From Gemmatimonadaceae bacterium (GTDB lineage: Bacteria; Gemmatimonadota; Gemmatimonadetes; Gemmatimonadales; Gemmatimonadaceae), in assembly GCA_051859245.1 (NCBI GenBank), contig JBHYGA010000001.1, forward strand, positions 1,245,722 through 1,309,721: a DNA stretch of 64,000 bases, read 5' to 3'. How positions within the stretch are numbered: position 1 is the first letter of the stretch; each line of letters opens with the position of its first letter. The position numbers and the translations under genes were made by a program. Shown piece by piece: positions 1 to 8,831 of this stretch. A model generated the notes under the pieces. That model saw only the letters and a list, made by a program, of their open reading frames with translations. It was not told the DNA's origin and did no database searches.

Positions 1-2
1 TC

Positions 3-191
3 CCGACAAGAACACGCGACTTGGCCTGCTTCGCACAGTTTCTCGAGGAACGCTGCGTCGCGCGGCTCGGCGATTTGCGGCTCGCGCTGGTTGACCATCT
101 CGTTCAGCAAAATGGTGCCTCTCGTCGCAGCGTGACACGGGATGTGTACGCGCTTTTGCCGCCAGCCCGCGACACGGGAGACGGTCGATGA
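3..191 (+). CDS. Partial hypothetical protein (5' end outside window)
   Basis: Open frame ...ASRRSVTRDVYALLPPARDTGDGR* whose TGA overlaps the ATG of the next ORF (ATGA 188-191). Confidence 0.55.
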   Translation, partial: PTRTRDLACFAQFLEERCVARLGDLRLALVDHLVQQNGASRRSVTRDVYALLPPARDTGDGR

Positions 192-562
192 ACGCCGGTA
201 CTCGACGCCCGCCACGCCGCCAACTGCGTTCGGTGTCGCGCGGGAATGACGCGCTGGCGTTTCCAGTTGGTCACGAAGCGGCGGTGCGGCTCGCCGATCT
301 ACAGCGGGACGAGTCACTCGCCCATTCGATTTCGAACATTCTCGCCCCGACCAATAGCACGCTGCACGGAGAACGTGGTCGGACGGTACGATTGCTCGCT
401 ACCCTCGCCCACGAACGCAAGCTTTCTTGGCGGACGGCACGTCGCGTGCTCGTTGCGCACAGCACCTTCGAATGGGATCGGGGCGATCCCAACGCGATCG
501 CCGACGCGCTCGAAGCTTTAGCATACGAGCGCGTGCGTCTGCGTGACACGGAGGCCGCATGA
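188..562 (+). CDS. Hypothetical protein of the element
   Basis: 124 aa, ATGA coupling at both ends, GGGAG upstream. Confidence 0.7.
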   Translation: MNAGTRRPPRRQLRSVSRGNDALAFPVGHEAAVRLADLQRDESLAHSISNILAPTNSTLHGERGRTVRLLATLAHERKLSWRTARRVLVAHSTFEWDRGDPNAIADALEALAYERVRLRDTEAA

Positions 563-1641
563 GCGCGTGCCTTTGGTTGGCGCCGTTGCCGACGACCCGC
601 GCACTTGACGACGAGGCAACGGGGTACAGTGCACTCGCGCACGCTCTCGCTACGTTCGCTGATCAGCGCTTGGTCAACCGACGCGACGTGTGGGGCGGCT
701 ACTGGCCCAACGGTATGCGCGAAACGCTCGGCAAGGTCTACACGGCGCCGCGCGTGAAGGACCGGGGACGCGTGTTGTTGGCGCCATCGGTACTGCGCCA
801 ACACTTCGCGTCACGCGATGCCGGTGACGTGATCGGTCTGCATTCCACGAGTGAATCCGATTCGTCGCGCTGGCTCGCGTTTGACATCGACGCGCACGAC
901 GAAACGGTGACGCCAGAGACCACGCGATTGAGTGCGTGCTATCTTGCGGAACGCCTCGCGGAGCGCGGTGCTGCGGTGCTGCTCGAAGACTCGGACGGCG
1001 CCGGTGGGTATCACGTTTGGATCCATTTTGAGGCGCCAGTTGCAACCGCTGCCGCCTACGAATGGGCGCGGCGGCTCGCGGATGATTGTGCGTCGGCGAC
1101 TGGACTGCGGCCCGAAACATTCCCCAAGCAAGCGAGCGCCGCGGGTGCGTTCGGCAACTGGCTGCGTTTACCGGGGCGCCATCATACGCGTTCGCATTGG
1201 TCGCGGGTGTGTCGTCCTGGCGAAGCGTGGGCGAGCGGTGCCGACGCCGCGACGTGCGTGCTCTCGTGGCCTGCAACGCCTGCGGACGTCGTACCGCCGG
1301 TCGATGCATGGCCGCAACCGCAGCGCGTACACACACCGCTGGTGGTGGCAACGAACGATGCGCCGACCGATCGTGCGCGCATCATTGCCGCGTACGTGCG
1401 CCGCCTTCCGCACGGCAAGGCGGGCAGTGCACGCTCCGACCGTCTCTTCAGTCTCGCGCGGTTTCTTCGCCATGGCATGCAGTGCAGCGACGCCGAAGCG
1501 TTGCCGGTGCTGCACGCGTGGAATAGTGGCAACGCCCCGCCACTGCCTGAAGCCAAGGTGCTGATCACATGGCAAAACGCGGCAACCTATGCGAGCCGCC
1601 CCGTCGCTGTCCGTGTAAGCGGGAGGCGTCATGCAGCGTGA
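559..1641 (+). CDS. Archaeo-eukaryotic primase (AEP) family primase-polymerase with PriCT-like C-terminus
   Basis: AEP motifs WLAFDIDAHD, SDGAGGYHVWIHF, ETFPKQ, GNWLRLPG; C-terminal RSDRLFSLA...WNSGNAPPLPEAKV. Confidence 0.85.
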   Translation: MSACLWLAPLPTTRALDDEATGYSALAHALATFADQRLVNRRDVWGGYWPNGMRETLGKVYTAPRVKDRGRVLLAPSVLRQHFASRDAGDVIGLHSTSESDSSRWLAFDIDAHDETVTPETTRLSACYLAERLAERGAAVLLEDSDGAGGYHVWIHFEAPVATAAAYEWARRLADDCASATGLRPETFPKQASAAGAFGNWLRLPGRHHTRSHWSRVCRPGEAWASGADAATCVLSWPATPADVVPPVDAWPQPQRVHTPLVVATNDAPTDRARIIAAYVRRLPHGKAGSARSDRLFSLARFLRHGMQCSDAEALPVLHAWNSGNAPPLPEAKVLITWQNAATYASRPVAVRVSGRRHAA

Positions 1642-3304
1642 CGATCCCGCGCTGAGCGCCATTCGCGAGCAGGATCGCGCGCGCGGTCACGACTCGCCCT
1701 CCCCCACGGTCTCTGCACTCGAAGCACGCGTCGACCTGGCATCGGGCGCGGGATACATCACGGTGCGTTGGGATCGCGGCGAGAAACGCCCCGCCGTCAC
1801 ACTGGTCATCGATGGTGCGCCGGTTGGTGTTGAGCGGTTCGATCTGCTGAACGTGCGCGCCCGCACCCGGTTCGCCGAGATGGCGCCGGACGCGCTACGC
1901 GCAGAGACGGAGCGCGCGCTGGTTGATCTGGCCCTGCGGCCACCGCCCACCACACGCGTCGATGAACCGTCGAGCCGTGCGGTGCTGGTCGCGGATGACG
2001 AGCCGAGCGACGAGCCGGTTGTGCTCGGCGACGTGCTGCACGCGGCGCGCACGGCGTTCACACGCTACGCCGTGTTGCCTGCGCATGGCGATATCGTGCT
2101 AACGCTGTGGGTGGTCGCGACACACTTTGTGCAGCACTTGCACTACTTCGGCATTTTGCATGTGCAAAGCGCGGTGCGAGAGTCCGGCAAAACGCGCGTC
2201 CTTGAGCTCGTGCATTTGATGTCGGCGCGGTCGTGGTCGCTCGTGCAGCCGACGATGTCGACACTGTTTCGCGTGATTGAAGCGAAAGCGCCAACGGTGT
2301 TGATCGACGAAGCCGACACGTTGTCCCGAGAGCAGATCTCCGACTTTACCGCGCTACTGAACGATGGTGTTAAGCGCGGCGGGTGCATCCCGCGCACGGC
2401 CGAACGCTCGGATGGCTCCTTCGAAGTGGAAGGCTTTGCGATCTACTGTCCGAAGGCGATCGGCTCTATCGGCGTGCCATTTACTGACGCGACGGTGAGT
2501 CGGACGATTCGCCTCGTGATGGATCGCGCGGATCCGTCGGCTCTTGCGCGGCTGACACCGTTTCGCATGGATCGCGCGGAACAACGGTGGGCCCGATCGC
2601 TTCGGCGCCAGCTGGTTCGCGCGGGCAACGATTATGGCGAGCGGTTGGCCGCGCTGCTCGATGTGGGCGACGACGACGAAACAAACGTGCCGCTTCCGGC
2701 CGGTGTCGATGGACGGCAAGCGCAGATTTGGGAACCGTTGTTGGCGCTCGCGGATCTCGCGGGCGGCGAGTGGCCGGTGCTCGCCCGGACTGCGTGTCTG
2801 CACTTTGTGTCCGCGCTGAAAGCGGCAGAGCCAGCGGACCCGAAGGTTCGGCTGCTGAGCGATTTGCGCGAGTTCTTCCATGAGAAGCCGAGCATCGCGT
2901 ACGCGACGTCTGAACAGATTATCGAGTTCCTGATTGCCGACGAGGCGCGGGGCTGGTCAGAGTATCGGCGCGGTCATCCGATCACGCCGCATCAGCTCGC
3001 CCGGTTGCTGAAGCCATTCCGCGTGCGCCCCGCGATTCAGCGCGCGAGCGAACTACCGCAAGGGCGAGCACGAGCATGGGCACGCGCCGAGCTGGAGCCC
3101 GTGTGGGAGCGACTCGCACCACAAAGCGAGACGATTGACGACGCCGCAAACCCGACAGCGCACAGCGCCTCCGGTGTCACGGATGTCACGCTTGTCACGG
3201 ATGTCACACTTGCCAGTGACACAAACGATGTCGGTCCCGGCCTCGAAGTGCTGCCTTCGAGCTACTGGGATGCGTACGATCTCCTCCACGAGGACGCCGC
3301 CTAA
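1631..3304 (+). CDS. DUF3631-like replication NTPase/helicase
   Basis: Walker A-like SAVRESGKT, Walker B VLIDEAD, GRQAQIWEPLLALADLAGGEWP, ITPHQLARLLKPF; follows primase. Confidence 0.8.
   Translation: MQRDDPALSAIREQDRARGHDSPSPTVSALEARVDLASGAGYITVRWDRGEKRPAVTLVIDGAPVGVERFDLLNVRARTRFAEMAPDALRAETERALVDLALRPPPTTRVDEPSSRAVLVADDEPSDEPVVLGDVLHAARTAFTRYAVLPAHGDIVLTLWVVATHFVQHLHYFGILHVQSAVRESGKTRVLELVHLMSARSWSLVQPTMSTLFRVIEAKAPTVLIDEADTLSREQISDFTALLNDGVKRGGCIPRTAERSDGSFEVEGFAIYCPKAIGSIGVPFTDATVSRTIRLVMDRADPSALARLTPFRMDRAEQRWARSLRRQLVRAGNDYGERLAALLDVGDDDETNVPLPAGVDGRQAQIWEPLLALADLAGGEWPVLARTACLHFVSALKAAEPADPKVRLLSDLREFFHEKPSIAYATSEQIIEFLIADEARGWSEYRRGHPITPHQLARLLKPFRVRPAIQRASELPQGRARAWARAELEPVWERLAPQSETIDDAANPTAHSASGVTDVTLVTDVTLASDTNDVGPGLEVLPSSYWDAYDLLHEDAA
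3175..3221. repeat. Iteron-like array: TGTCAC x4 at 9-bp period plus one inverted GTGACA
   Basis: TGTCAC at 3175, 3184, 3193, 3202; GTGACA at 3216. Confidence 0.75.
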
Positions 3305-3753
3305 TGGCGCGCCGTGCAAAGGATGATGCGAACCTCGGCCCGAAAAAAGCCGAAGAGAAAGCCGTGAAAAGGGCACCAAACACGCCGTCCGACGACGCGC
3401 CGCCGTCCGAGCCATCGGCCGAACCGATGCAACTCGAAACGCCGAAGCACGGCAAAGGACTGCTCCGCCGCAGTGGTGTGTCGCCCGGTTCGGGACGGCG
3501 CCCCTCCGCGCTCAGAGCGATCGCGATGAACGGTGTTGATCGCGCGTTGCCGCAGATCCAAGCGCTTGCCGAAGCAGGCGGGCCGGACGCGATCCCAGCC
3601 TTCAATGCGCTGGTGAAGGTCGCGGGATTGGACGGCCGGATTTCGCCGGCCGACGTGCGCGAACGCTTACGGGCGCAAGTCGAAATGATTCGCTCCCGCT
3701 CACAGTGGACACCACAAGAGCTGCTCGATCAGCTCGGGGAGATTTGGAGATGA
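3304..3753 (+). CDS. Hypothetical protein, possibly terminase small subunit-like
   Basis: 149 aa, TAATG-coupled; disordered N-terminus, GVSPGSGRRP motif then helical region; PICI-like position after rep. Confidence 0.5.
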   Translation: MARRAKDDANLGPKKAEEKAVKRAPNTPSDDAPPSEPSAEPMQLETPKHGKGLLRRSGVSPGSGRRPSALRAIAMNGVDRALPQIQALAEAGGPDAIPAFNALVKVAGLDGRISPADVRERLRAQVEMIRSRSQWTPQELLDQLGEIWR

Positions 3754-6206
3754 CAATGCCGGCTATGACGCCGCCACCGGCGCCCCCTCGCGCTCGCCCA
3801 CTCTCGTTCGAAGAATGGAAGGCTGCGGGGAAGCCGACGGGCGCACCCGATCAGCGGGAGCGCAGGTCGCTAGAAGAGATTTTTGGGGACGAGAGACCCG
3901 CGGCGCCGAAGGAGACGCCAGGACACCTCTCGGGCATCGCGGGTCAGCTTGCACAAGGCGTGACGTTCGGTGCCATGGCGCCGATTGCCGGCGCCGCTGG
4001 AACGGTTGTGCGCAAGATCCAAGGGGATGGCCGACCGATCGGTGACATCTACACGCAACTGCGCGACGATTATCGCGGGCATGATGACACCTACCGCGAC
4101 GCGTACCCGAAAACAGCGTTTGCCGCGAACATCGTCGGCGGTGTCGCCTCGCCTGCATCATCGGCGTTGAATGCGGTGAGGGTGTCATCGAAAGCGGGAA
4201 TGCTCGCCAAGGCCGCCAACGCCGGCACGCAAGGGGCCCTCGCTGGCGCCGTAGGTGGCGCCGCAAATGCTGACGACGGCAAGGTGTTGGGCGGGGCGGT
4301 TGGTGGCGCCGCACTAGGCGGGATGCTCGGTGGTGGCTTCAGTGTCTTTACTGACGCGATGCGGCAGGGAATGCGCGTCGTTGGTGCCGGTCCGCGCGCC
4401 GCGGGTGATCCGTCGGTGATCGGACGTATGCGGAGCGCGGTTGGCGCCGAGACGGCGGAAGAAAGCGCGGCGCGGCGTGTGCTGCGATTGGGTGAGCAGA
4501 CCGGGCGCACCGTCGACGACTTGCGCAATGCGAGTGCACAGGCGGACGATCCGACCATTCTCGCCGAGTTGTACGGTCCGAAGGGAGCACAGCGTTTGCG
4601 TACGGTGCGCTCGCTTGGCAATACCGCGCGCGAACAAGTCGACGAAACACTCAACGATCGCGCCAGTAATGAGACCGCGCGTTTGCGTGCACGATTCGGC
4701 GAGCTGACTGGTGTCGAGCAGCGCGACGCGGGGGACGTTGCCAAGGGTGCCATGGCGAAGACTGAGCCCGACTACTCGATGCGGTACAAGCTGGCGAACG
4801 AGATCGCGCTCCCGGAGGACGCGGCCCGCGCGGTGGCGGACATCATTTCGCCCCTCGACGTGGACGGACTGAACATTTCCGGCATGGCGCGCAAGCTGGG
4901 CAACATGCCCCAGACGCTGACGGCCAAGCCGAAGGATCCGGCTGGCCCGGGTGCCGTGGCAGAATCCGCCGTGGAAGGCGTGCGCCGCGCGTACCAAGAG
5001 GCGAGCGAGCGCGCGGCCATGCTCGAATCGATGGAAGGGCTGGTCAATCAGGTGGATGCCGACGGACTCCGGACGCGCAGCACGAACATGACGCCTGCTA
5101 TGCGCCGAAAGAACACGATGGCGAAGAAACGGCCGACGGACGAAGTGCTGTCGCGTGGCGAAAAGCGCGAGCTGGGGATGGATCTGACCGAAGATGCGCG
5201 GGCGCGGATTGAAGAGGCCGGCATGTCGGTTGAGGAATACCGCGCGCTGGTCCGTGAAGGGCGCGACGCGCAGCGCCGACTGCCGGCGCTCGAACAGCGA
5301 TTGCAGCAGGCGCAGGGGGCCGCGGATCGCGTGGCGCCGAATGACGCGCCACCGCTGCCGTCCACACTCGGCCAGGTACTCAACTATCGCAACGTGCTGG
5401 ATGCGCTGATTGAAGACAATCAGGCGACATCGTACGGGCGCAAGCTGAACGTGCGCCTAGTGCAGGCGCGCAACGCCCTCGATGCAATTGCGAAGTCCGG
5501 TGGTGGCGACCGCGAAGGCGCGCAACTTGTGCAAGAGGCCGACGAACTGTTTGCGAGTGCAAAGGCTGTCGGCGAGTCTTTCGCTGGCGGCATTCGTGCT
5601 GCGCAGAGCGGCGCCGGTCCAACGGCGGCTCGCATTGTGCGCGAACAACCCAATCAGGAAATGGCACGACAAGGCGTCGCGTCTGACTTTCTGCGTCGCC
5701 TCGGCAACGTCAACGATGAAGGGCGGATTTCAAACCCCGTTCCGACCATGGTTGGCGGACAGAACCGGCGTGACGTGGCGCGGATGGCATTCCCCGATGA
5801 CGACAGCTTCGGGCAGTTTCGCGAGTCGGCGCGCGATGTGGTCAAACGACTGGGCACACTGCGCACGGCAACCGGCGGCTCCCAAACGTCTGACAACGCG
5901 ATTGATGCGCTGTCGGAGTTTATTGATCCGTCCACCGTCTCCGCTGCGATGGGCGGAAGCCCGCTCGGCTTCCTGAGTCGCATTGCACAGAACGGCGCCG
6001 TTCGCAAAGTGTTTGACGCCAATGCGCGTGAAGCCGATGCCATGGCGCCGCTCCTGCTTGCGGGCGGTCCTGAGCAACTCCCGCGAAAGGACGCACTCGA
6101 AATGTTGGCGAAAATGGAGCCCTTCATTCGCGCACGGCTTGCGGCACAAGCCAACCGCGCGGGCGTCGTGGGCGGCACCACATCCAGCTACCTCAACCGG
6201 CGTTAG
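3750..6206 (+). CDS. Large Gly/Ala-rich phage ejection / DNA-transfer-like protein
   Basis: ATG at 3750 overlaps previous stop; PLSFEEWKA and RSLEEIFG N-terminal motifs, glycine-zipper hydrophobic segments, long helical body. Confidence 0.6.
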   Translation: MTMPAMTPPPAPPRARPLSFEEWKAAGKPTGAPDQRERRSLEEIFGDERPAAPKETPGHLSGIAGQLAQGVTFGAMAPIAGAAGTVVRKIQGDGRPIGDIYTQLRDDYRGHDDTYRDAYPKTAFAANIVGGVASPASSALNAVRVSSKAGMLAKAANAGTQGALAGAVGGAANADDGKVLGGAVGGAALGGMLGGGFSVFTDAMRQGMRVVGAGPRAAGDPSVIGRMRSAVGAETAEESAARRVLRLGEQTGRTVDDLRNASAQADDPTILAELYGPKGAQRLRTVRSLGNTAREQVDETLNDRASNETARLRARFGELTGVEQRDAGDVAKGAMAKTEPDYSMRYKLANEIALPEDAARAVADIISPLDVDGLNISGMARKLGNMPQTLTAKPKDPAGPGAVAESAVEGVRRAYQEASERAAMLESMEGLVNQVDADGLRTRSTNMTPAMRRKNTMAKKRPTDEVLSRGEKRELGMDLTEDARARIEEAGMSVEEYRALVREGRDAQRRLPALEQRLQQAQGAADRVAPNDAPPLPSTLGQVLNYRNVLDALIEDNQATSYGRKLNVRLVQARNALDAIAKSGGGDREGAQLVQEADELFASAKAVGESFAGGIRAAQSGAGPTAARIVREQPNQEMARQGVASDFLRRLGNVNDEGRISNPVPTMVGGQNRRDVARMAFPDDDSFGQFRESARDVVKRLGTLRTATGGSQTSDNAIDALSEFIDPSTVSAAMGGSPLGFLSRIAQNGAVRKVFDANAREADAMAPLLLAGGPEQLPRKDALEMLAKMEPFIRARLAAQANRAGVVGGTTSSYLNRR

Positions 6207-6379
6207 TTCAAATCGCGGTAGGAGAGACGACTACCGATGAGCCAACACAGGCCGATGAACGCCACGCACGCCGCTTCAAGGGGTTCGCCGTCAAGGGCGA
6301 GCCCCGCGATGGCGATGCACAGCAGTAGAAATCCGATAAAGACACAGACTCGTTGAAACGTGCTCAGCGTCGGCGGCAT
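6203..6379 (-). CDS. 58-aa two-TM membrane protein (not in ORF track)
   Basis: Hand translation MPPTLSTFQRVCVFIGFLLLCIAIAGLALDGEPLEAACVAFIGLCWLIGSRLSYRDLN*; stop overlaps stop of convergent gene (TTAG). Confidence 0.65.
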   Translation of the reverse strand: MPPTLSTFQRVCVFIGFLLLCIAIAGLALDGEPLEAACVAFIGLCWLIGSRLSYRDLN

Positions 6380-6408
6380 AGCGAATGCGAAAAGGTGAGT
6401 GTGTGAGT

Positions 6409-7776
6409 TCAGCGCGCGGCGCGTGTGAATGCGAGCACTCTGGTGCTACTCGTTCCCGTCAGATACTGGTCGATCGTCTGCGCGATCGCGTCCGCGGCGT
6501 GGCGTACGGTGGCGTCTCTCACTTCACCGTATCGCGACGTCATGCCAGGCAGGGTGTGTCCCACGAGGCGCGCAATCACATGATCGCCGAAGCCGAGTTC
6601 ATCACGCGCCACTGTGGTGAACGAATGCCGCAGATCGTGCAGTCGGAGCGGCGCCGACTCCTCAAGTGCGGCCGCGTGCTTGACGTTCTGCCAGAGTCGT
6701 TTTGGGTCGACGACGTGCGTTCCCTGCGACGTGCCGGGAAACACATAAGGATTGTCCAGCTGTGGCGACTGCGCTCGAATGATCGCGAGCGCGGCACTCC
6801 CAAGCGGACGTTCGCTTCGGCCGCTCTTGGTATCGGTGAGCACCGCAACGCCACGCGCGAGATTGACCGCATCCCATCGCAGCGTCAGGACTTCTTGCTC
6901 TCGCCATCCGGTGACCACGAGAAAACGCAGTGCGGCAACGAGGACCGGATTCGCCGGTGTGAGCACGGGGCTCGCGGGCAATAAGAACGGCGCGCGCGAC
7001 GCGTACGGACCGCGCACGCGACCACTGTGCTTGGCCCGCCGCTGCGAGGAGACACCGCGTGTCTGTGCTTGCAACGTCGGCGTTGCCGGAAGCCCGACGA
7101 GCGCCGCGGCGCTGAGTGCTGAGCCAAGGCGCCCGTACTCGTCCGCCGTCAGGCTGCGACTCTTGCGCCGCTCCTCGAAGCGTTCGACATCAACGCACGG
7201 GTTGGTGTGTTTAGCGCGGTAACCGCGTCGCTCCGCCCACACAAAGAACGTCGACAACAGATCAACCGCGCGATTGGCGAGTATCGGGGTAGCGCGTCGC
7301 TCGCTATGCCAGCGCGCAACCGTCGCCTCGTCGACGGCCGCGAAACGCATACCGCCGAACGTGGGCGCGAGCGTCATGCGCCAGACCCGCTCGTATTCCG
7401 CGTGCGTGCGCGGCGCCAACTTGCCTTCGCGTTCTTTCAAGTAGTCGGGGAAGACATCGGCGAGCACCTGGCGCCCGCGTCCGTCGGCGTCGTCGCCTTT
7501 CGGATCGCGCCCTTCCGCAACATCGGTTGCAGCGCGACGTGCCAGTGTGCGCGCGGTGTCGACGGTAATGCTCGGGAACGTGCCCAGCGCGAGACGCCGC
7601 GTCGCGCTCGTGTTCGGCGCCTGATACTGAAACACGAACACGCGCCGGCCGCTCGCGTACACGCGCAATCCGAAGCCGCGTTGCTCCGCATCCCAGACGA
7701 ACACTTCACCGCGTGCGGGCGCCTTGGTGGCATCCACGGCGCGTTTGGTGAGCTTGATGTGCGAGAGCTTGGGCAC
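6409..7776 (-). CDS. int: Tyrosine integrase with arm-DNA-binding N-terminal domain
   Basis: VWDAEQRGFGLRV arm-binding domain; catalytic R (TGWR), K (DTKSG), HDLRH, LVGH, SRY. Confidence 0.95.
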   Translation of the reverse strand: MPKLSHIKLTKRAVDATKAPARGEVFVWDAEQRGFGLRVYASGRRVFVFQYQAPNTSATRRLALGTFPSITVDTARTLARRAATDVAEGRDPKGDDADGRGRQVLADVFPDYLKEREGKLAPRTHAEYERVWRMTLAPTFGGMRFAAVDEATVARWHSERRATPILANRAVDLLSTFFVWAERRGYRAKHTNPCVDVERFEERRKSRSLTADEYGRLGSALSAAALVGLPATPTLQAQTRGVSSQRRAKHSGRVRGPYASRAPFLLPASPVLTPANPVLVAALRFLVVTGWREQEVLTLRWDAVNLARGVAVLTDTKSGRSERPLGSAALAIIRAQSPQLDNPYVFPGTSQGTHVVDPKRLWQNVKHAAALEESAPLRLHDLRHSFTTVARDELGFGDHVIARLVGHTLPGMTSRYGEVRDATVRHAADAIAQTIDQYLTGTSSTRVLAFTRAAR

Positions 7777-7800
7777 GGCGGAACCCCTGCGGTTAATCTT

Positions 7801-7916
7801 CCGGAATGACTCCGGAAGATACGGAGCGGGAATGTGGGAGCGGGTTCCGGGAAGATACGGGAACGTCTCCCCTCTGTAAATGCGATGGGGAGAGTATGTG
7901 CGGGAACTGGCGGGAA
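7801..7916 (+). repeat. Putative integrase arm-type sites (C[C/G]GGAA pairs; GGAAGATACGG x2)
   Basis: Pairs at 7801/7812, 7848/7858, 7901/7911; GGAAGATACGG at 7814 and 7850. Confidence 0.55.
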
Positions 7917-7930
7917 CGCAAGTCCGCTGG

Positions 7931-7978
7931 ATGGGGTTCAGGGGGTCGCGGGTTCGAATCCCGCCGTCCCGATGTTTG
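7931..7978 (+). repeat. att core 1: 3' fragment of tRNA-Pro(GGG)
   Basis: ATGGGGTTCAGGGGGTCGCGGGTTCGAATCCCGCCGTCCCGATGTTTG: anticodon loop, T-arm, acceptor 3' strand; no 5' half; identical to 14593-14640. Confidence 0.9.
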
Positions 7979-8004
7979 GAAAGTGCTGATTTTGTTGACG
8001 TTAC

Positions 8005-8038
8005 AGTCCCTCGCTCGGCTTTCGCTGAGCGGGGGATT
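8005..8038 (+). terminator. Hairpin downstream of att core 1
   Basis: AGTCCCTCGCTCGGC-TTTC-GCTGAGCGGGGGATT (with GU pairs). Confidence 0.6.
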
Positions 8039-8058
8039 GTGCGTTTATGGTGGTTGAC

Positions 8059-8094
8059 TGTGCGAGTAGTGTGCGAAATCGAAAAGCTGTGCGA
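8059..8094 (+). repeat. Putative arm-type sites TGTGCGA x3
   Basis: Copies at 8059, 8070, 8088. Confidence 0.6.
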
Positions 8095-8182
8095 GAAGGC
8101 CGGTTAGCGAGGGCTCGCGAGCCGCTGCGCGGGAGGATACCGTAAGCCGTCCTTCACCTTCCTTTCACCAACAAGCGAACGC

Positions 8183-8776
8183 ATGTCGTTAGCCCCCACG
8201 CTTCAAGCTCCCGAGCCGGAAAAGGCTGGTCTGTGGCCCGTCTTTCTTGGAGCGTTGTTCACTTTCACTGGCTGCAGGCTCATGGCCGCGACGGATGACG
8301 GCTTCGGAACGACTCTGATCGGTGTGGCGCTGCTGTCTTGGGGCTCCTATCGGCGGTGGATCGGCCCAAAGCGTCGTCGTCAGGCGATGGAGCAGGAGCG
8401 CGAGACCGTTTTGAACGATCCCGCTCGACTGCAGCGCCTCGAAGCCTACGAGAATGGCTCGTGGTTTGAGTCAGTGAAGCATCAGGACTCGTTTCTCACG
8501 GCACCATGCACGTGGTACACGCCCACTCCCTCGGGGCAGATCAAAGAGCGGGACGCGGGCACCCTGAACGTCAACGCGAAGGGTCTACGACTTTCTGGAA
8601 GCGCGCGGTCGCTCGACCTTCCATTCACGCGAATCGTTGGTATCACTGCGAAGCGCGACGGGCTGGTCGTGGAGAAAACCACGGGGCCTCACCTAATCAT
8701 CGCCGTCGAGGATCCCATTGAGGTTGCGCTCGCGTGCCAAGCCGTGAGCAGAGCGCGAGTCGTTGGCAAAGTGTAG
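8183..8776 (+). CDS. Membrane protein, two N-terminal TM segments and PH-like C-terminal domain
   Basis: Hydrophobic N-terminus; DAGTLNVNAKGLRLSGSARSLDLPFTRI. Confidence 0.6.
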   Translation: MSLAPTLQAPEPEKAGLWPVFLGALFTFTGCRLMAATDDGFGTTLIGVALLSWGSYRRWIGPKRRRQAMEQERETVLNDPARLQRLEAYENGSWFESVKHQDSFLTAPCTWYTPTPSGQIKERDAGTLNVNAKGLRLSGSARSLDLPFTRIVGITAKRDGLVVEKTTGPHLIIAVEDPIEVALACQAVSRARVVGKV

Positions 8777-8831
8777 CGCTCCGCGGGAGAGGTGATGCTA
8801 GCCCTTAGTCCCTCAAGTCGATGCGCGTACC

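Larger units (their letters stand above)
1..7978. mobile_element. Integrated phage-satellite/PICI-like element (right part; left end outside window)
   Basis: Coupled operon primase-NTPase-TerS-like-ejection-like protein, a convergent tyrosine integrase, and a tRNA-Pro 3' fragment at 7931-7978 as att. Confidence 0.8.

Noticed and set aside
7900..7978. Intact tRNA-Pro gene (also at 14560-14640)
   Set aside because: No acceptor 5' strand or D-arm upstream; identity starts at the anticodon loop, so these are att fragments
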